From the NCBI GenBank assembly GCA_024692825.1, contig JAILMB010000050.1, positions 686 to 64,685 on the forward strand: a stretch of 64,000 nt of DNA, given 5' to 3'. The notes under the pieces were generated by a model. The model was not told the DNA's origin. It searched no databases and worked only from the letters and a program-made list of their open reading frames with translations. Position numbers and translations under genes: made by a program. The stretch is from Lachnospiraceae bacterium (GTDB lineage: Bacteria; Bacillota; Clostridia; Lachnospirales; Lachnospiraceae). This document shows positions 10,012 to 19,475 of the stretch, piece after piece (position 1 is the stretch's first letter; every line of letters starts with the position of its first letter).

Positions 10012-12099
10012 ATGAAAGTTTTTACTACAGACAAGATACGTAACATTGTTTTATTGGGACATTCCGGAGCGGGGAAGACTTCCCTGGTAGAGTCCATGGC
10101 ATATTTGTCAGGACTTACGAACCGGGCAGGAAAGGTAGAGGACGGAAATACCATCAGTGACTATGATGCTTCTGAAATCAAACGTAAGCTTTCGATTCAG
10201 ACATCCATAATTCCAATTCTTTGGGAAGATTGCAAATTGAATATTTTAGACACTCCGGGCTCCATTGATTTCGTGGGAGAGGTAGAAGAGGCACTTACAG
10301 CTGCAGATGCAGCTATCATTGTAGTTTCCGGTAAAGACGGTGTTGGTGTTGGTACCAGACTTGCTTGGGAGAAATGCGAAAAATATCACCTGCCTCGTAT
10401 GTTTTTCGTTACGGGGATGGATATTGACGAGGTTTCTTATAAGCAGGTCATTTTAGATTTACAGGAACTTTATGGAAAACGAATTGCACCTTTCCATTTA
10501 CCAGTTCGTGAAAATGGAGAGTTTATTGGATATGTAAATGTTATTCAGCAGAGGGCAAAGCGCTGGAAGGAAGATGGAACGGTTGAAAAAATGGACGTTC
10601 CCGATTATTCCATGGAATACTTAGAGACCTATCGTGAAGCTTTAATGGAATCCGTTGCAGAAACATCCGAAGAGTTTATGGATCGCTACTTTAATGGAGA
10701 AGAGTTTTCTGATGATGAAATCCGTCAGGCACTTCGTGTAAATGTTTCCGAGGGAAGTATTGTTCCGGTCCTTATGGGTTCAAACACCCTGAATAGAGGT
10801 ATGTATACTCTTATGGTAGACATGGTGAAATATCTGCCGGGTCCGGATAAGAGAGAATGTGCAGGCATAAATGCTACTTCCAATGACGTATTTGAAGCAA
10901 ATTACGATTTTTCAAAGGCAAAGTCAGCCTATGTATTTAAAACCATTGTGGATCCATTTGTAGGAAAGTACTCCCTGATTAAGGTAAACTCAGGAGTTAT
11001 TAAAACAGACGATGTCTTGTATAACCAACATAAGGATACGGAAGAAAAAATTGGAAAACTCTATGTATTATGTGGTTCTAAAGCTGAAGAAGTAAAAGAA
11101 CTCCACGCAGGAGATATTGGAGCCTTAAGTAAGTTATCCAAAGTAACTACCACAGATTCTCTATCTACAAAGGCCAATCCGATACTTTATATTCGAACTG
11201 GAATTCCTACTCCGTATACCTGCATGAGATATAAACCGCTTAACAAGGGGGACGAGGAAAAGGCTGCTGCAGGATTAGCAAAATTAGCCCAGGAGGATTT
11301 AACCATAAAGGTGAAAAATGATGGAGAGAACCATCAGACTTTACTCTATGGTATTTCGGAGCAACATTTGGATGTAGTTGTTGATAAGTTAAAAGAAAAA
11401 TACAAAGTAGAGATTGAGTTATCACGACCAAAGATTGCATACAAAGAGACCATTCGTGGCAAATGCGATGTGGAGTACAAGTATAAAAAGCAGTCAGGCG
11501 GTCATGGCCAATATGGTCATGTAAAGATGACTTTTGAACCATTAGGTGACACGGAAAAGAACTTTGAATTTTCTCAAACAGTGGTAGGTGGAGCTGTACC
11601 AAAGAACTATTTCCCTGCAGTTGAAAAGGGATTAGAGGAAGGCTGTAAAAAGGGACCTTTGGCAGCTTATCCGGTAGTTGGAATTAAGGCGAATCTATAT
11701 GATGGCAGTTACCATGCAGTAGATTCTTCAGAAATGGCCTTTAAGACAGCAGCGATTCAATGTTTGAAGAAGGGTATTTTAGAAGCAAAGCCCGTGTTAT
11801 TAGAACCTGTTTCTGAATTAAAGGTATTGATACCGGATGATAAAACCGGTGATGTCATGGGAGATTTAAATAAACGTCACGGTAAGGTGACAGGCATGAA
11901 TCCTGTGGAAGGTCAAAAAACAGAAATTGTTTGCGAGATTCCAGACTCTGAATTGTTTGGATATGGAACCACCCTTCGTTCATTAACAGGAGGCGAGGGT
12001 ACATTCTCTTATGAATTCTTGAGCTATCAACAAGCACCTGGGGATATTCAAGAAAAAGAAATTGAACACAGAAAGAGCAAGCTAGAAGAAGACGAATAG
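10012..12099 (+). CDS. Elongation factor G paralogue (EF-G2-type translational GTPase)
   Basis: 695 aa. G1 is GHSGAGKTSL, the EF-G-2 style rather than the canonical AHIDAGKTT. G3 is DTPG, and all five EF-G domains are recognisable. It is not in an rpsL-rpsG-fusA-tuf context. Confidence 0.88.
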   Translation: MKVFTTDKIRNIVLLGHSGAGKTSLVESMAYLSGLTNRAGKVEDGNTISDYDASEIKRKLSIQTSIIPILWEDCKLNILDTPGSIDFVGEVEEALTAADAAIIVVSGKDGVGVGTRLAWEKCEKYHLPRMFFVTGMDIDEVSYKQVILDLQELYGKRIAPFHLPVRENGEFIGYVNVIQQRAKRWKEDGTVEKMDVPDYSMEYLETYREALMESVAETSEEFMDRYFNGEEFSDDEIRQALRVNVSEGSIVPVLMGSNTLNRGMYTLMVDMVKYLPGPDKRECAGINATSNDVFEANYDFSKAKSAYVFKTIVDPFVGKYSLIKVNSGVIKTDDVLYNQHKDTEEKIGKLYVLCGSKAEEVKELHAGDIGALSKLSKVTTTDSLSTKANPILYIRTGIPTPYTCMRYKPLNKGDEEKAAAGLAKLAQEDLTIKVKNDGENHQTLLYGISEQHLDVVVDKLKEKYKVEIELSRPKIAYKETIRGKCDVEYKYKKQSGGHGQYGHVKMTFEPLGDTEKNFEFSQTVVGGAVPKNYFPAVEKGLEEGCKKGPLAAYPVVGIKANLYDGSYHAVDSSEMAFKTAAIQCLKKGILEAKPVLLEPVSELKVLIPDDKTGDVMGDLNKRHGKVTGMNPVEGQKTEIVCEIPDSELFGYGTTLRSLTGGEGTFSYEFLSYQQAPGDIQEKEIEHRKSKLEEDE

Positions 12100-12126
12100 T
12101 AGTAAGAGAGTATCGAACTAGAAAGT

Positions 12127-13695
12127 GTGAGAATTATGAGAAAATACGTAGGCATAACCATAGGACCAATCACAAATGCACTGCAATATGCGAAAGATCC
12201 GCAATCACTATGGTTTGCCTGCGCTATTTTTTCGGAAATTTCCAGAGAGTTATGTGAATTAATTACTGCGCCAAACTGTTCCTTTGAGGAGGTTGTAATC
12301 TACACTCCTTACTATTTTCACGGTATGAAGATTGACGATGGTGTTGCAAAGACCCATGATCGAATCATCTTTTCTGCGGAACATGTGGAGAATCATGTAA
12401 TTGATAAAATGATTGAACTTGTAAAAGAAGATGTTTGTGATTTATTCCCTGTGGAATATCAATCCCAAGAGTACCGACAATTCTTAAAAGACTATTTCCA
12501 AATCAAATATATTTGCTTAGAAGAAAATAATGAGTTAAATCACAATTGCATGATGACCATTTATCCTTATTTACATGATATGGAGTCCATGCAAAAGGGA
12601 AATACTGAGACCTTTTTGAATCCATTTTATGATTTGTTTGGCCTTGGTGAGGATACTCGAAGTTTTCGTATAATGACATCACCCATTGCACATCTGGTAA
12701 AAAAAGGGTCTGCTCAGTTTTTTAATCTTCGGGGAGAGTTTAAAACTGTTGCAGAAATCGCTAATCCAAAACTACCGGAGGGCAGGAAAAAAGCTCCCTA
12801 TTATTGCCTTGTTCGATGCAATGGGGACAATATTGATATGTTGCTCCGTGGATTTTCCGATAATAAAAAGATTATTTCTTTTTCAGTAGCCTGTTTACAA
12901 CACTCCATTACTACTTCGGAACTGATTCGAATGTTTGGAGGATTAACGGTATATGCCGGTGGAGATGAGTGCTTCTTCTTTGCACCTTTAGTAGGGATGG
13001 ATGGTTCTACGATTTTTGAATTGTGCCAAAGAATTCAGCAAAAGTTTTACACCTTTATGAAAAACCATTTGCCCTGGTCTAATATTCCAACCCTGTCTTT
13101 TGGAGTCTCCATCCAGAGAAATACTCATGATGCCTATGATGTGTTTGTGGAAACAGGTAAATTATTGGATGTGGCAAAGCAAATCAGCGATAAGAACAAC
13201 ACAGCAGTTCGCATTACCAATAAAAGCAGAAGCGAATGTATTGTTGTAAACAATCAGGACATTGATGCCTTTTTGGATATCTTCAAAGCAAACCTTGATA
13301 TTATGGATGGAATGATTACCACAGAACGAAAGAAGAATCAGCTTTCCGAGACCATTGCATTAATTGACGAGTATGAAAACATTATTATGTCCATTAGTGA
13401 AATGGCAAAAAATGGAAATCTATCTCCAGAGGAATACTTTAAGTCTGTTTCTTCCATTTTCCAGGGAGGAACATTGGAACGTTCTCCTGAGGAGTTAAAG
13501 AATCTATTGATTTTGTACTACAAACGTCTGGTTCGAAAGCCTAGAGGTATTTGGGTACCAAAAATCGATGAGGTCACTGGAAAGTATTTAAAAGCCAACC
13601 ATTACAATGCAGAGGATGGTAGTATTGGAGTCTTTGAAGAAATCCTAAATATGAAGGAAGATATTCTTGAATTAAAGGAGGAGTACACTCCCTAG
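12127..13695 (+). CDS. Cas10/Cmr2-like palm-domain (GGDEF-like) nucleotide polymerase/cyclase lacking an HD domain; orphan, with no cas neighbours
   Basis: 522 aa. The start may be GTG 12127 or ATG 12136.
- The N-terminus ITIGPITNALQYAKDPQSLWFACAIFS resembles the Cmr2_N signature (GPVQxFIxxAR..DLWxGSxLLS).
- CNGDNID (nt 12823-12837) is a palm metal-binding D-x-x-D.
- About 45 aa later comes VYAGGDECFFFAP (GGDE at nt 12958-12969).
- Then SFGVSIQ...AYDV...LLDVAK follows, as in Cas10 palm 2.
- The C-terminus is a helical tail.
Family assignment was made by eye only. Confidence 0.6.
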   Translation: MRIMRKYVGITIGPITNALQYAKDPQSLWFACAIFSEISRELCELITAPNCSFEEVVIYTPYYFHGMKIDDGVAKTHDRIIFSAEHVENHVIDKMIELVKEDVCDLFPVEYQSQEYRQFLKDYFQIKYICLEENNELNHNCMMTIYPYLHDMESMQKGNTETFLNPFYDLFGLGEDTRSFRIMTSPIAHLVKKGSAQFFNLRGEFKTVAEIANPKLPEGRKKAPYYCLVRCNGDNIDMLLRGFSDNKKIISFSVACLQHSITTSELIRMFGGLTVYAGGDECFFFAPLVGMDGSTIFELCQRIQQKFYTFMKNHLPWSNIPTLSFGVSIQRNTHDAYDVFVETGKLLDVAKQISDKNNTAVRITNKSRSECIVVNNQDIDAFLDIFKANLDIMDGMITTERKKNQLSETIALIDEYENIIMSISEMAKNGNLSPEEYFKSVSSIFQGGTLERSPEELKNLLILYYKRLVRKPRGIWVPKIDEVTGKYLKANHYNAEDGSIGVFEEILNMKEDILELKEEYTP

Positions 13696-13701
13696 TTAAC
13701 C

Positions 13702-13729
13702 TTGACAAATAAGCCCCTTATGATAAAAT
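13702..13729 (+). promoter_or_regulatory. Sigma-A type promoter for leuS
   Basis: TTGACA (13702-13707), 16-nt spacer, extended -10 TGaTAAAAT (13721-13729). Lies about 45 nt upstream of the leuS ATG. Confidence 0.55.
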
Positions 13730-13774
13730 TTTTAAGATTTAAGATTTTTATCATTAGGAGGATTGGAATAAAAG

Positions 13775-16198
13775 ATGGCTCAGGCATATAATCACCATAC
13801 GGTGGAAAAGAAATGGCAGAAATACTGGGAGGAGCACGAAACATTTAAGACAGACGTTTGGGATTTTTCAAAACCGAAATACTACGCTCTAGATATGTTT
13901 CCATACCCTTCAGGAGTAGGATTGCATGCTGGTCATCCCGAAGGATATACAGCAACTGATATTATGTCTCGTATGAAGAGAATGCAGGGATATAACGTAT
14001 TACACCCAATGGGATATGATTCCTTTGGTCTTCCTGCAGAGCAGTATGCTGTTACAACAGGAAATCATCCTAATGGATTTACAGAAAAGAATATAGAAAC
14101 ATTTTCAAAACAGTTGAAAGAACTTGGATTTGACTACGATTGGTCCAAGCTTCTTGCAACTTCAGATCCCTCATTTTACAAGTGGACACAGTGGATTTTT
14201 AAGAAGCTCTACGAAAAAGGTTATGCAAAGCATATTGATATGCCTGTAAACTGGTGCGAAGAGCTTGGTACTGTATTGTCAAATGATGAGGTCATTGATG
14301 GAAAGTCAGAGCGTGGTGGTTACCCGGTTGTTAAAAAGATGATGAAGCAGTGGGTAATTGATCAGCAGTCTTTTGCGGAAGAATTGCTTTCAGGATTAGA
14401 TGAGATTGACTGGCCGGAATCCACAAAAGAAATCCAACGTAACTGGATTGGTAAATCAACCGGTGTTGAAGTTGATTTTTCGATTGAAGGTGGTGGAGAG
14501 TTCTCTATTTTCACAACCTGTATTGAAACCATTTATGGTATTACCTTTATGGTATTGGCTCCCGATGGAGAAATTACAAAGAGCTTATTGGATCGAGTAG
14601 AAAATCGTGAAGAAGCAGAAGCTTATATTGCTGAAACTGCTAAGAAGAACGATTTGGATCGTACTGATTTAAATAAAACAAAGTCAGGTTGCCCATTAAA
14701 GGGAATTTATGCTATCAATCCTGTAAATGGACGTAAAGTACCTGTATTTATTGGTGACTTCGTATTAGCAAGCTACGGAACCGGTGCTGTTATGGCCGTT
14801 CCTACACATGATCAAAGAGACTTTGAGTATGCACAGGCCCATGGGCTTGAATATATTCAGGTAATCGATGGAGAAGGAGTAGATGTTTCTTCTCATGCGT
14901 TTGAAAAACAGGATTACCTTGGAAAGGGCTGTAAGCTTATTAATTCTGAAGAGTTTAATGGTCTCACAGTAGAAGAAGCAAAGCCGGCTATCACAAAGAA
15001 ACTTGTTGATATGGGTGTTGCAAGAGAAAAGGTAAACTATCACTTCCGTGAATGGATTTTTGCAAGACAAAGATATTGGGGCGAGCCAGTACCTTGCGTT
15101 TACAAAGAGGATGGAAGTATTGAATTTGTTCCTGATGAGGAATTACCGGTAATCCTTCCTGAGTTAGAGGACTATAAGGGTAAAAATGGTCAGGCTCCAT
15201 TAGAGAATGCCACTGAGTGGAAACAGTACGATAAGAATGGCTTAAAGGGAGTTCGTGAAACCTCTACTATGCCTGGTTCAGCCGGATCTTCTTGGTATTA
15301 CCTAAGATATATTGATCCAAACAATAACGATGAATTTGCAAATCAAGAGTTGTTAAAGCACTGGATGCCTGTAGATTTATATGTAGGTGGACCTGAGCAT
15401 GCAGTTGGACATTTGATTTATTCAAGAATCTGGAATCGTTTCTTATATAACGAGGGATTGTCTCCAGTGAAGGAACCATTCAAAAAGTTAGTACATCAGG
15501 GAATGATTCTTGGTGAGAATGGTATTAAGATGGGAAAACGTTTCCCTGAATTTGTTGTAAATCCTAGCGATATCGTAAGAGATTACGGTGCAGATACCCT
15601 TCGTTTATATGAAATGTTTATGGGACCTTTAGAGGTTTCTAAACCTTGGAATTCAAACAATGTAACCGGAGCAAAGAAGTTCATTAACCGTGTTTATACC
15701 TTCTTCTCTGAATCGGAGAATCTGACCGATGAAAATGATGGTACATTGGAAAAGATTTATCATCAGACCGTTCGTAAGGTTACAAATGACTTTGAAGAGC
15801 TAGGCTACAATACAGCTATTTCGCAGATGATGATTTTTGTAAATGCTGTTTATAAAGCAGGAAGCTGCTACAGAGAATACGCTGAAAACTTCATTAAGAT
15901 GTTCTCTTGCATTTGCCCTCATATTGGTGAAGAGATTTGGGAGATTATGGGACATAATGAGACTATTGCTTACGAATCTTGGCCAACTTATGATGAGTCA
16001 AAATGTGTGGAAGATACCATTGAGATTGCTGTTCAGATTAATGGTAAGGTGAAAGCCACAATTGCAATTGGAAAAGATGATCCAAAAGATGATGTCATTG
16101 CAAAGGGCAAAGAAGCTATTTCCGATAAGCTTGAGGGATTAAACATTGTAAAAGAGATTTACGTTCCAGGAAGAATCGTAAATATTGTAGCAAAATAA
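13775..16198 (+). CDS. leuS: Leucine--tRNA ligase
   Basis: 807 aa. HIGH-type motif PYPSGVGLHAGHPEGY, KMSKS-equivalent KMGKR, and CP1 editing domain. Confidence 0.97.
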   Translation: MAQAYNHHTVEKKWQKYWEEHETFKTDVWDFSKPKYYALDMFPYPSGVGLHAGHPEGYTATDIMSRMKRMQGYNVLHPMGYDSFGLPAEQYAVTTGNHPNGFTEKNIETFSKQLKELGFDYDWSKLLATSDPSFYKWTQWIFKKLYEKGYAKHIDMPVNWCEELGTVLSNDEVIDGKSERGGYPVVKKMMKQWVIDQQSFAEELLSGLDEIDWPESTKEIQRNWIGKSTGVEVDFSIEGGGEFSIFTTCIETIYGITFMVLAPDGEITKSLLDRVENREEAEAYIAETAKKNDLDRTDLNKTKSGCPLKGIYAINPVNGRKVPVFIGDFVLASYGTGAVMAVPTHDQRDFEYAQAHGLEYIQVIDGEGVDVSSHAFEKQDYLGKGCKLINSEEFNGLTVEEAKPAITKKLVDMGVAREKVNYHFREWIFARQRYWGEPVPCVYKEDGSIEFVPDEELPVILPELEDYKGKNGQAPLENATEWKQYDKNGLKGVRETSTMPGSAGSSWYYLRYIDPNNNDEFANQELLKHWMPVDLYVGGPEHAVGHLIYSRIWNRFLYNEGLSPVKEPFKKLVHQGMILGENGIKMGKRFPEFVVNPSDIVRDYGADTLRLYEMFMGPLEVSKPWNSNNVTGAKKFINRVYTFFSESENLTDENDGTLEKIYHQTVRKVTNDFEELGYNTAISQMMIFVNAVYKAGSCYREYAENFIKMFSCICPHIGEEIWEIMGHNETIAYESWPTYDESKCVEDTIEIAVQINGKVKATIAIGKDDPKDDVIAKGKEAISDKLEGLNIVKEIYVPGRIVNIVAK

Positions 16199-16210
16199 TA
16201 TTACATATTG

Positions 16211-16242
16211 AGGTGGCTGTTTTTACAACCACCTTAAATTTT
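16211..16242 (+). terminator. Candidate intrinsic terminator after leuS
   Basis: Hairpin AGGTGGCTGT-TTTT-ACAACCACCT (9 of 10 bp paired), followed by TAAATTTT. The U-tract is interrupted. Confidence 0.4.
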
Positions 16243-16256
16243 GAAAGGAAAAGATT

Positions 16257-17465
16257 ATGTCAAAAATTGAAATGAAAACTCCATTGGTTGAGATGGACGG
16301 AGATGAAATGACCAGAATTCTCTGGCAGATGATTAAAGATGAGTTAATTACTCCTTTTGTAGATTTAAAAAGCGAGTACTATGATCTTGGCTTAAAGCAT
16401 AGAAATGAAACCAATGATCAGGTAACAATTGATTCTGCAGAAGCTACCAAAAAATATGGTGTTGCTGTAAAGTGCGCAACCATTACTCCAAACGCTGCTA
16501 GAGTAGAAGAGTATGATTTAAAAGAAATGTGGAAGTCTCCAAATGGAACCATCCGAGCAATTTTAGACGGAACCGTATTTCGTGCTCCAATTATCGTTAA
16601 AGGAATTGAGCCTTGCGTAAAGAATTGGAAGAAACCAATTACCATTGCCCGTCATGCTTATGGTGATGTATATAAAGCATCAGAAATGAAGATTCCGGGA
16701 CCTGGAAAGGTAGAGCTTGTTTATACAAGAGAAGATGGAACAGAAGAAAGAGAATTGATTCATAATTTCACTAAAGCTGGTGTTATCCAGGGACAGCACA
16801 ACCTCTGTGATTCTATTGAAAGTTTTGCAAGAAGCTGTTTTAACTTTGCTTTAGATACAAAGCAGGATTTATGGTTTGCAACAAAGGATACCATCTCAAA
16901 AAAATATGATCATACCTTTAAAGATATTTTCCAGGAAATCTTTGATAAAGAGTACAAAGAAAAATTTGAAGCAGCAAACATTGAATATTTCTATACATTA
17001 ATTGATGATGCTGTAGCTCGTGTTATGAAGTCTGAAGGGGGATTTATCTGGGCATGTAAAAACTATGACGGAGATGTAATGAGTGATATGCTTTCTTCAG
17101 CCTTTGGTTCACTTGCCATGATGACTTCTGTACTAGTATCTCCTCAGGGATACTTCGAATATGAAGCAGCACATGGAACTGTACAGCGTCACTATTACAA
17201 ACACTTAAAGGGAGAAGAAACATCTACAAACTCTGTTGCAACAATTTTTGCATGGAGTGGAGCTTTAAGAAAACGTGGCGAGTTAGATGAACTTCCTGAG
17301 CTTATGAAATTTGCCGACAACTTGGAAAAAGCATGTATCGAAACCATTGAATCCGGAAAAATGACTGGAGATTTGGCTCGTATTACTTCTTTAGAAAATC
17401 CAAGTGTCTTAAACAGTAAAGATTTTATTATCGCGATTCGTGAAACTTTAGAATCTTATGATTAA
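16257..17465 (+). CDS. icd: NADP-dependent isocitrate dehydrogenase, eukaryotic-like (IDH1-type) homodimeric form
   Basis: 402 aa. Strong resemblance to IDH1-type enzymes ([28 protein letters not shown]). Confidence 0.93.
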   Translation: MSKIEMKTPLVEMDGDEMTRILWQMIKDELITPFVDLKSEYYDLGLKHRNETNDQVTIDSAEATKKYGVAVKCATITPNAARVEEYDLKEMWKSPNGTIRAILDGTVFRAPIIVKGIEPCVKNWKKPITIARHAYGDVYKASEMKIPGPGKVELVYTREDGTEERELIHNFTKAGVIQGQHNLCDSIESFARSCFNFALDTKQDLWFATKDTISKKYDHTFKDIFQEIFDKEYKEKFEAANIEYFYTLIDDAVARVMKSEGGFIWACKNYDGDVMSDMLSSAFGSLAMMTSVLVSPQGYFEYEAAHGTVQRHYYKHLKGEETSTNSVATIFAWSGALRKRGELDELPELMKFADNLEKACIETIESGKMTGDLARITSLENPSVLNSKDFIIAIRETLESYD

Positions 17466-17476
17466 GGAGTAAGATT

Positions 17477-19402
17477 ATGATTTTAACCTGTCAAAATTTA
17501 AAGGTTGCATTCGGAGATGATGTGTTATTTCAAAATGTATCCTTTCAAATTCGTGAGCAGGAGCATGTGGCCATCGTTGGTCCAAACGGTTGTGGTAAAT
17601 CAACACTTTTGAAGGTGATTACATCGGAGCTCTCCCCGTCGGAGGGCTCCGTTACGTTTGGAAAAGATGTAACTTATGGATATTTAGCTCAGTATCAGGA
17701 TGTGGATATTGAGGAAGATATTTATCATCATGTGCTTCACGCCAATGAAGAAATCCTTCGCTTAGAACAGGAACTTTTGGATATGGAAGGTTCCTTGAAG
17801 GAAGTGGAAGGTAGTGAGCTAGAGACACTTTTAAATCGCTACCACGAAAAACAGCATAGTTTTGAATTAATGGGTGGCTCTTCTTATCGGAGTGAAGTAA
17901 CTGGTGTATTAAAGGGCCTTGGTTTTATAGAAGAGGATTTCACAAAGACCATGGACCAACTGTCCGGTGGACAAAAAACACGGGTGAATTTAGCCCGATT
18001 GTTGATGCAAAAGCCAGATTTACTTTTGTTGGATGAGCCCATTAACCACCTGGATTTAGCATCCATTGAATGGTTGGAAAACTTTTTGCTAAATTACAAA
18101 GGAGCAGTTTTAATTGTTGCCCACGATCGGTATTTTTTGGATCACATTGTGGAAACCGTTATTGATTTGTCTTTTCAAACAGCAAAAAGTTATAAAGGGA
18201 ATTATTCTGCCTTTTCAGAACAAAAACGACTTGTGATGCTAACAAGACAACGGGAATTTGAAAAGCAACAAAAAGAGATTGCTCATCAGGAGGAAGTTAT
18301 TACAAAACTTCGTCAGTTCAATCGTGAAAAATCCATTAAACGTGCGGACTCTCGAGTAAAGCAGCTGGAAAAAATGGATAAGGTGGAAAAATTAACAGAA
18401 AAAGATACGGCGATGAAAATTAATTTAGAGCCTGATTCTGTTAGTGGAAACGACGTTTTAACAGTGGAACATTTACAAAAAGCCTTTGATCAACAGGCTT
18501 TATTTTCAGATGTCTCTTTTGAAATCCACAGAGGAGAACATGTAGCATTACTTGGAGACAATGGAACTGGAAAAACCACAATTTTAAAAATTTTAAATGA
18601 TAAAATCTCCGCAGATGGTGGTAAGGTGAAAATCGGTACAGGGGTTCATATTGCTTACTACGATCAGGAACAACAACAGTTAAATGATGAAAACACGTTG
18701 TTTGATGAATTAAAGGATTCTTATCCGAATTTGACAGATACAAAAGTGCGTAATGTACTAGCTGCCTTTTTATTTACAGGAGATGATGCCTTTAAAAAGA
18801 TTTCGGCTTTATCCGGTGGAGAAAGAGGTCGTGTGTCCCTGGCAAAACTCATGCTTTCCGGAGCAAATTTTTTGATTTTAGATGAGCCTACAAACCATTT
18901 GGATATGGAGAGTAAGGATATTTTAGAATCCGCCTTGAATGGATTTTCGGGAACGGTATTTTATGTATCTCACGATCGATATTTTATCAATCAAACAGCT
19001 CATCGCATTTTAGAACTAAGAGATGAGACCCTTTATTCCTACCTTGGAAACTATGATTACTATTTATCAAAACGTGATGAAGCGGTATATCAGGGACAAA
19101 AAGAAGAAAATGTGGAGGAAACTGTTGAAGAAGTTTCTCTTGGAAAACTCTCCTGGGAAGAACAAAAAAAGGCTGAGGCTGCAAAAAGAAAAATTCAAAA
19201 TCAAATCTCGAAAATAGAAGAAGAGATTGAAGCAAAAGAAACTCGTATTTCAGAGATTGATGAAATGTTTATGGATGAAGAAACTGCAAAGAATTCAGCG
19301 AAACTAAACGAACTTTCTGCAGAGCAAAAAAAATTGCAGGAATCATTAGCAGAGTTGTATGAAAAGTGGGAAGAGTTAAATGATGAAATCCCTGTTGTGT
19401 GA
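17477..19402 (+). CDS. ABC-F family ATPase (translation-associated; two ABC domains, no TMD)
   Basis: 641 aa. Two Walker A motifs (GPNGCGKST, GDNGTGKTT), two signatures (LSGGQK, LSGGER), an inter-domain linker and a charged C-terminal coiled coil. Confidence 0.9.
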   Translation: MILTCQNLKVAFGDDVLFQNVSFQIREQEHVAIVGPNGCGKSTLLKVITSELSPSEGSVTFGKDVTYGYLAQYQDVDIEEDIYHHVLHANEEILRLEQELLDMEGSLKEVEGSELETLLNRYHEKQHSFELMGGSSYRSEVTGVLKGLGFIEEDFTKTMDQLSGGQKTRVNLARLLMQKPDLLLLDEPINHLDLASIEWLENFLLNYKGAVLIVAHDRYFLDHIVETVIDLSFQTAKSYKGNYSAFSEQKRLVMLTRQREFEKQQKEIAHQEEVITKLRQFNREKSIKRADSRVKQLEKMDKVEKLTEKDTAMKINLEPDSVSGNDVLTVEHLQKAFDQQALFSDVSFEIHRGEHVALLGDNGTGKTTILKILNDKISADGGKVKIGTGVHIAYYDQEQQQLNDENTLFDELKDSYPNLTDTKVRNVLAAFLFTGDDAFKKISALSGGERGRVSLAKLMLSGANFLILDEPTNHLDMESKDILESALNGFSGTVFYVSHDRYFINQTAHRILELRDETLYSYLGNYDYYLSKRDEAVYQGQKEENVEETVEEVSLGKLSWEEQKKAEAAKRKIQNQISKIEEEIEAKETRISEIDEMFMDEETAKNSAKLNELSAEQKKLQESLAELYEKWEELNDEIPVV

Positions 19403-19403
19403 G

Positions 19404-19421
19404 TTGTTAAATGTTTGACAA
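19404..19421 (+). promoter_or_regulatory. Rex operator (ROP box) upstream of rex
   Basis: TTGTTAAATGTTTGACAA compared with the clostridial Rex consensus TTGTTAA-N4-TTAACAA gives 13 of 14 specified positions. It overlaps the -35 element of the rex promoter. Confidence 0.6.
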
Positions 19422-19443
19422 TAATAGTAAAACATCTTATACT
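19415..19443 (+). promoter_or_regulatory. Sigma-A type promoter for rex
   Basis: TTGACA (19415-19420), 17-nt spacer, TATACT (19438-19443). Lies about 32 nt upstream of the rex ATG. Confidence 0.6.
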
Positions 19444-19475
19444 TTTGTAATAGAAATAGCACGAGAGGAACGGAA

